Assembly: GCA_028336925.1 (NCBI GenBank)
Contig: JAOKVV010000003.1
Coordinates: 21,818-85,817, forward strand
Direction: 5' to 3'
Length of the DNA stretch: 64,000 nucleotides
Origin: Vicingaceae bacterium
GTDB taxonomy: Bacteria > Bacteroidota > Bacteroidia > Flavobacteriales_E > Vicingaceae
The translations under genes were made by a program, and so were the position numbers. Below, piece after piece: positions 58,648 to 64,000 of the stretch. The notes beneath the pieces were generated by a model. The model was not told the origin of the DNA, made no database searches, and saw only the letters and a program-made list of their open reading frames with translations. How positions within the stretch are numbered: the first letter of the stretch is position 1; every line of letters starts with the position of its first letter.

Positions 58648-59673
58648 ATGAGCAAAAAGACTAAAATACTCGTTATCCGATTTAGCTCCATTGGCGACAT
58701 CGTGCTTACTTCACCTGTAATGCGCTGCTTAAAGGAGCAGCTAGAAGGAGCAATAGAGATTCACTACATCACAAAAAAAGGATATGCAACACTATTGGAG
58801 CACAACCCTTTTGTAGATAAAGTTTACAGTATTGATAAGAAAGTTAGCGAAGTAAGTGCCGCTCTTAGAAAAGAGAAATATAATTATGTAATTGACTTAC
58901 ATAAAAATCTACGTTCGGCTCGTGTAAAAGCAGTAGTAAGCGGCAAGAAATTTTCTTTTGATAAATTGAACGTAGAAAAATGGATGGCGGTCAATTTAAA
59001 ATCTAAATCACTCCCGGACATTCACATTGTGCAACGATACTTAGACACTATAAAAAATTTAGGTGTAGTAAATGATGACAAAGGGTTGGATTTTTTCATT
59101 GCTCCAGATCAGAAAATTGAGAAAAGTTCACTTCCTCCAGCATTTCAAAATGGATATATCGCTTTTGCTATCGGCGGACAACATGCTACAAAATGCTTGC
59201 CGGTGGATAAAATGATTGAGATTTGCAAAAAAGTAGAGCTTCCAATCGTTCTTTTAGGTGGAAATGAAGATCAACGAGTAGCAAAATTTATAGAAGACAA
59301 ACTCGATCAAAAAATTATTAATGGGTGCGGGAAATACAGTATTCATGAGAGTGCTTCTATTGTTTCTCAAGCAGATGCAGTAATTACCCACGATACTGGC
59401 ATGATGCACATCGCAGCAGCCTTTAAAAGAAAAATAGTTTCAATTTGGGGCAACACTATACCCGAATTTGGAATGTATCCTTATTTTCCAAAAAACCTTA
59501 AACATTATAATGAAACCATAGAAATCAAGGAGTTAAGTTGTCGCCCTTGCTCTAAAATTGGTTTTGACAAATGCCCAAAAGGTCACTTTAAGTGTATGAA
59601 GCAAATAAGTGAAGCCCGTGTAGTGGGAAAAGTATATGATTTATTAAAGGTGAATAATTATCCCTCTGATTGA
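58648..59673 (+). CDS. Glycosyltransferase family 9 (heptosyltransferase-like)
   Basis: IRFSSIGDIVL, HDTGMMHIAAA, C-terminal CRPC...C...C. Confidence 0.92.
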   Translation: MSKKTKILVIRFSSIGDIVLTSPVMRCLKEQLEGAIEIHYITKKGYATLLEHNPFVDKVYSIDKKVSEVSAALRKEKYNYVIDLHKNLRSARVKAVVSGKKFSFDKLNVEKWMAVNLKSKSLPDIHIVQRYLDTIKNLGVVNDDKGLDFFIAPDQKIEKSSLPPAFQNGYIAFAIGGQHATKCLPVDKMIEICKKVELPIVLLGGNEDQRVAKFIEDKLDQKIINGCGKYSIHESASIVSQADAVITHDTGMMHIAAAFKRKIVSIWGNTIPEFGMYPYFPKNLKHYNETIEIKELSCRPCSKIGFDKCPKGHFKCMKQISEARVVGKVYDLLKVNNYPSD

Positions 59674-60194
59674 TCTTTAGTAGCAGGAACAAACAAAGCT
59701 TTAAGTTCTGTTGCTTTTTCAGGATCCAATTTACCAGCCAAAATCAAACTTAATTGCTTTCTTCTCAAGGCTGCGTCATACCGTTTCTTTTCAAGATCGG
59801 ATTCGGCAATTAATGGCGGTACTTCAATAGGGCTGCCATTCTGATCAACAGCAACAAATGTATAAATTGCTTCATTACTTTTTACACGCTCCCGGCTCAA
59901 ACCTCTTTCTACCCAAACATCCAAAAACACTTCCATCGAAGAAGTAAATGCGCGACTTACTTTCGCCTCAATGGTAACTACTTCACCTAATTTAATTGGC
60001 TGATTAAAGGATACTGAATTTACAGAAGCGGTAACTACTACTCTGTTGCAATGTCGTTGAGCAGAGATTCCTGCAGTAATATCCATCCAGTTTAATAGTT
60101 GACCACCCATTAGATTTCCCAAGGTATTGGTATCATTTGGTAATACTATTTTAGATGTTTGCGCAAATGTATCTTTTGAAAAACGTCCTTTCAT
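59658..60194 (-). CDS. Acyl-CoA thioesterase (hotdog fold)
   Basis: PNDTN.LGNLMGG.LL.WMD, VVTASV. ATG 60194 preferred because the track start overlaps -7 box TACCTTTG (60216-60223). Confidence 0.9.
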   Translation of the reverse strand: MKGRFSKDTFAQTSKIVLPNDTNTLGNLMGGQLLNWMDITAGISAQRHCNRVVVTASVNSVSFNQPIKLGEVVTIEAKVSRAFTSSMEVFLDVWVERGLSRERVKSNEAIYTFVAVDQNGSPIEVPPLIAESDLEKKRYDAALRRKQLSLILAGKLDPEKATELKALFVPATKDQSEG

Positions 60195-60258
60195 GTTTCC
60201 TTTAAGTTGGGAGCACAAAGGTACACAATGCGGAAGGAAGAAAAATGAAATTAAATAG

Positions 60259-61293
60259 CTATTTTTCCAACAACCAAGCTGCAGGATTCCCGGTATTCTT
60301 TACTTCATCTAAAAGAAAAAGAGCCTCTTCTCTAGTTGCAAAGCTTTCATAACTTACCGTGTATAGTTTTTTAAACGTCCCAATCATTTTTGCAGAGAAT
60401 CCCTTTTTCTTGAGATTTTTAACTAATCTATGCGCATTCGCTTCATTTGAAAAACATCCACCAACTACATGAAATTTAAGCAATTCACTACTTTCAACTT
60501 TAGCCTCTGTCAAAGCAACATTCTCTTTTGCGACAAATGTTCTTGAGGAACCATCTTCATTGTTCCACACATACGTATCACTACTTGTCTCATTGTCATC
60601 AAAACTAATGTCAGAAATAGATTTTACAGCTGATGGATAATATGTAGGCTGACTAAATTCCAACCCTATAGAAGCATAATTAACTGGAGAATCATTGTTG
60701 ATTTGATACTTATAATACGTGTATCCGATACCCATAAACACTAACAAAGAAGCTGCTGCCGCCCAATAGAATCCGAAACGCTTTTTATTCTCTTCTTCAC
60801 TTGGTGCCTTTACAACTACTAATCGCTCCTTAATTTCTTTCTCTATTCGCTCTTTAGAAGCAGGCCGTGAAATTGGATTAGCTTTAAAGCTTGTCATCCC
60901 AAAAGTATCCACTAAATAATTAACTGCATTACTTGGTAAAAACTGGATCTTTTTTTCAGGATCAAGAAATAACACTCCTACTTTTTCGAGGGTTATTTTT
61001 TCTCCTTTACTTAATGCATTAACAGATGCTGAAACATAGTTGTCTATTGCGTTTCTGGCTTCTACAAAAGAGATACCATTCGACTCCGCTATAAAATTAG
61101 CTAATAACCCATCATTAGATGTTAAATTTCTATTAAAAGAAATTTGCTTCGATGGGGGTGTAAATGTATTTTGAATAGGTTGAATTTTTGCGCCTGCATA
61201 ATTCGCAACAAACCCACCAAAATCAGGTATAATCACACAATCAAACTGATACAACAATTCAGAAATACTCTTATCTACATTCACTCTATTCAT
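60259..61293 (-). CDS. HU-like (HU-CCDC81-type) N-terminal domains plus TM helix plus SPOR domain
   Basis: CVIIPDFGGF...NDGLLAN, central TM, C-terminal FHVVGGCFSNEANA...AWLL. Confidence 0.85.
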   Translation of the reverse strand: MNRVNVDKSISELLYQFDCVIIPDFGGFVANYAGAKIQPIQNTFTPPSKQISFNRNLTSNDGLLANFIAESNGISFVEARNAIDNYVSASVNALSKGEKITLEKVGVLFLDPEKKIQFLPSNAVNYLVDTFGMTSFKANPISRPASKERIEKEIKERLVVVKAPSEEENKKRFGFYWAAAASLLVFMGIGYTYYKYQINNDSPVNYASIGLEFSQPTYYPSAVKSISDISFDDNETSSDTYVWNNEDGSSRTFVAKENVALTEAKVESSELLKFHVVGGCFSNEANAHRLVKNLKKKGFSAKMIGTFKKLYTVSYESFATREEALFLLDEVKNTGNPAAWLLEK

Positions 61294-61328
61294 AAATACG
61301 AAAGTAAAAAAAAAGGTTGAAAGGATTA

Positions 61329-62063
61329 CTATTTAAATGCATTTAAATCTTCGGGTGCATCTACAGACAGTGACTCTGTCTCGGTAATAGCTACCTTTAT
61401 TTTATATCCATTTTCTATCCATCTTAATTGTTCCAACCCTTCCGCTAACTCTAACCTAGATGGGCTGATTCTAGTAATTTCTTTTAAAATATCAGCTCGA
61501 TAAGCGTATAAACCAATATGCTTGTAGTAATTATAATGCTCTATCCATAGCTCCTGCTCCACTCCTCTTTGAAAAGGCACGGCAGCTCGACTAAAATAAA
61601 TCGCAAAATCACTTTCATCAATGAGCACTTTTGGTTTATTAGAATTAAATAACTCATCGTTTGAATCAATTAGCTTTACCAAAGTTGCGATTTCAGTATT
61701 TTCATCAGAAAAGCAATTAATTGCTTGTGCTATTTGATCGGGATCGATATAAGGTTCGTCTCCTTGAATATTAACAACAATATCAAAATCCATTGCTTGC
61801 TTTACTAATACCTCCTCGCATCTATCAGTACCGCTCTGATGATCGGGTGAGGTCATTTCCACGTCACCTCCAAAAGCTAATACAGCATCAACGATTCGTT
61901 GATCATCGGTAGCCACTACGACATGATGTAAATTGGTCGTTTTCTTCGCCTGTTCATATACCCTCTGAATCATCGATTTGCCATTTATATCTACTAATGG
62001 TTTACCCGGAAAACGAGTAGAACCATATCTTGCAGGAATAATTCCGATAACTTTCTTCATCAT
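61329..62063 (-). CDS. kdsB: CMP-KDO synthetase
   Basis: IPARYGSTRFPGKPL, SGTDR, NIQGDEP, LEQLR. Confidence 0.96.
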   Translation of the reverse strand: MMKKVIGIIPARYGSTRFPGKPLVDINGKSMIQRVYEQAKKTTNLHHVVVATDDQRIVDAVLAFGGDVEMTSPDHQSGTDRCEEVLVKQAMDFDIVVNIQGDEPYIDPDQIAQAINCFSDENTEIATLVKLIDSNDELFNSNKPKVLIDESDFAIYFSRAAVPFQRGVEQELWIEHYNYYKHIGLYAYRADILKEITRISPSRLELAEGLEQLRWIENGYKIKVAITETESLSVDAPEDLNAFK

Positions 62064-62175
62064 TAAAGTTTTAATAAGAGAATGAGTTCATTCATTATCA
62101 ATTTTTTAGTAGTTTGCATTTCCTTACTTATTACAACACTACCAAATGGCAAATTAAAAAAAATAACCAATACAA

Positions 62176-63272
62176 ATGCTCGACCAAGAATTAAAATATA
62201 AAATCGGAGTAACACTAATCCCTGGTATTGGTGCTATAAATGCTAAAAAGTTAATAGCTTATTGTGGCGGAGCTGAGGCAGTGTTTAAGGAAACGAAAAC
62301 TGCCTTAGCAAAAATTCCAGGTTTAGGAAAAAAGATCATTGATCAAATTACCACTTCTCAAGAAGCCTTAACAGAAGCTGAAGCTGAGATTAGGTTTATG
62401 GAAGAAAATGATGTGAAGGCGTTGTATTTTTTAGATAAAAATTATCCACGAAGATTGAAGCATTGCGAGGATAGTCCAATTATTCTTTTTTCAAAAGGGA
62501 AAATTGACTTTAATCGAGAAAAAGTAATCAGTATTGTAGGAACTAGAAATGCTACGGTGAGTGGTAAAGGGTTTACAGAAAAACTGATAGAAGAGTTAGT
62601 TCCTCACAACCCACTAATAATTAGCGGGCTTGCTTATGGAATAGACATAGCAGCTCATAAATCGGCGCTTCAAAACAAACTACAAACAGTAGGAATACTA
62701 GCCCATGGGTTAGATACTGTTTACCCTGCTCCGCATACGAACATTGCAAAAAAAATGATGCAAAATGGTGGAGTAGCTAGCGATTACAGATATGGAAGAA
62801 AGATCTTTAACAAACAGTTTGCCGAGCGAAATAAAATTGTAGCAGGCTTATCCGATGTTACCGTAGTAGTAGAATCAGCATCAAAAGGTGGATCCCTTAT
62901 TACTGCCGAGCTTGCCAATGGCTACAATAGAGATGTTTCGCAGTACCTGGAAGAGTGAACGACGAATTTTCAATAGGCTGTAATCGATTGATAAAAGCCA
63001 ATAAAGCCGCATTGATTGAATCTGTAAAAGATATAGAATACGTTATGGGGTGGTCGGCTGAAGAAAAAACACCTTTGCAAACTAGCCTTTTCGAAGATGT
63101 AACAGAAGAAGAAAAAGTAATTATTGATATCATTAAAGAAGGACCTGAAAGTGTTGATATAATAAGTATTAGAGCAAAGTTTCCTATGAGTAAAACAACC
63201 ACAATTTTATTAACACTAGAGTTTAAAGGAGCAATTAAATCATTGCCAGGAAAGATGTATCAATTGCAATAA
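62176..63272 (+). pseudogene. dprA: DNA-processing protein DprA split by a 1-nt frameshift (pseudogene or sequence error)
   Basis: IVGTR, SGLAYGID, RNKIVAGLS and GGSLITA in 62176-62958; GCNRLIK and winged-helix tail in 62955-63272. Adding one T at 62936-62938 restores NRDVFAVPGRV. Confidence 0.9.
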
Positions 63273-63336
63273 AAATGAATAAAAATTGATTGATAATTTT
63301 GATTAAATAATTAATTAACAATCAATTAATCAATAA

Positions 63337-64000
<664 letters not shown>

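Noticed and set aside
3109-63202. Short antisense ORFs in the track (e.g. 3109-3321, 17416-17772, 23345-23854, 27761-28258, 43524-43730, 62900-63202)
   Set aside because: All lie wholly or largely opposite well-supported genes and show no recognisable motifs; treated as shadow ORFs.
62955-63272. 105-aa ORF as an independent gene
   Set aside because: It is the C-terminal part of frameshifted DprA.

Overview
AT-rich chromosomal segment of a Bacteroidota bacterium, probably Flavobacteriales. This is supported by two type IX secretion cargo proteins, TAnnTTTG promoters and the hemD-rnpA-yidD and tRNA-Ser-exbB-exbD gene orders; genetic code 11. The left ~29 kb is accessory-like and holds four blocks. 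(i) A minus-strand sulfur-handling cluster: Crp/Fnr regulator, TSUP/TauE exporter, CstB-like persulfide dioxygenase-rhodanese fusion, cytochrome c lipoprotein and a TolC-MFP-RND pump. Four of its promoters carry the palindrome GTAAC-N4-GTTAC at a fixed 22-23 bp from the -7 box, which defines a candidate regulon and is the strongest lead in the window. (ii) A secreted multi-domain GH81 beta-1,3-glucanase that splits this cluster and is bracketed by a ~55-bp imperfect inverted repeat. (iii) An XRE/S24 repressor-dinB-dnaE2 mutagenesis cassette interrupted by an orphan antitoxin-like gene. (iv) A 2346-aa M6 metalloprotease with 10 CUB and 6 BACON-like repeats. The right ~35 kb is mostly housekeeping and envelope genes (gcdH, hemD, rnpA, yidD, S41 protease, glycosyltransferases, rsmI, hflX, rbfA, dusB, exbBD, tRNA-Ser, ansA, tatD, kdsB, a frameshifted dprA, partial gdhA). 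No CRISPR array, rRNA, integrase or transposase was seen. All family calls come from motif recognition by eye; no database search was run.
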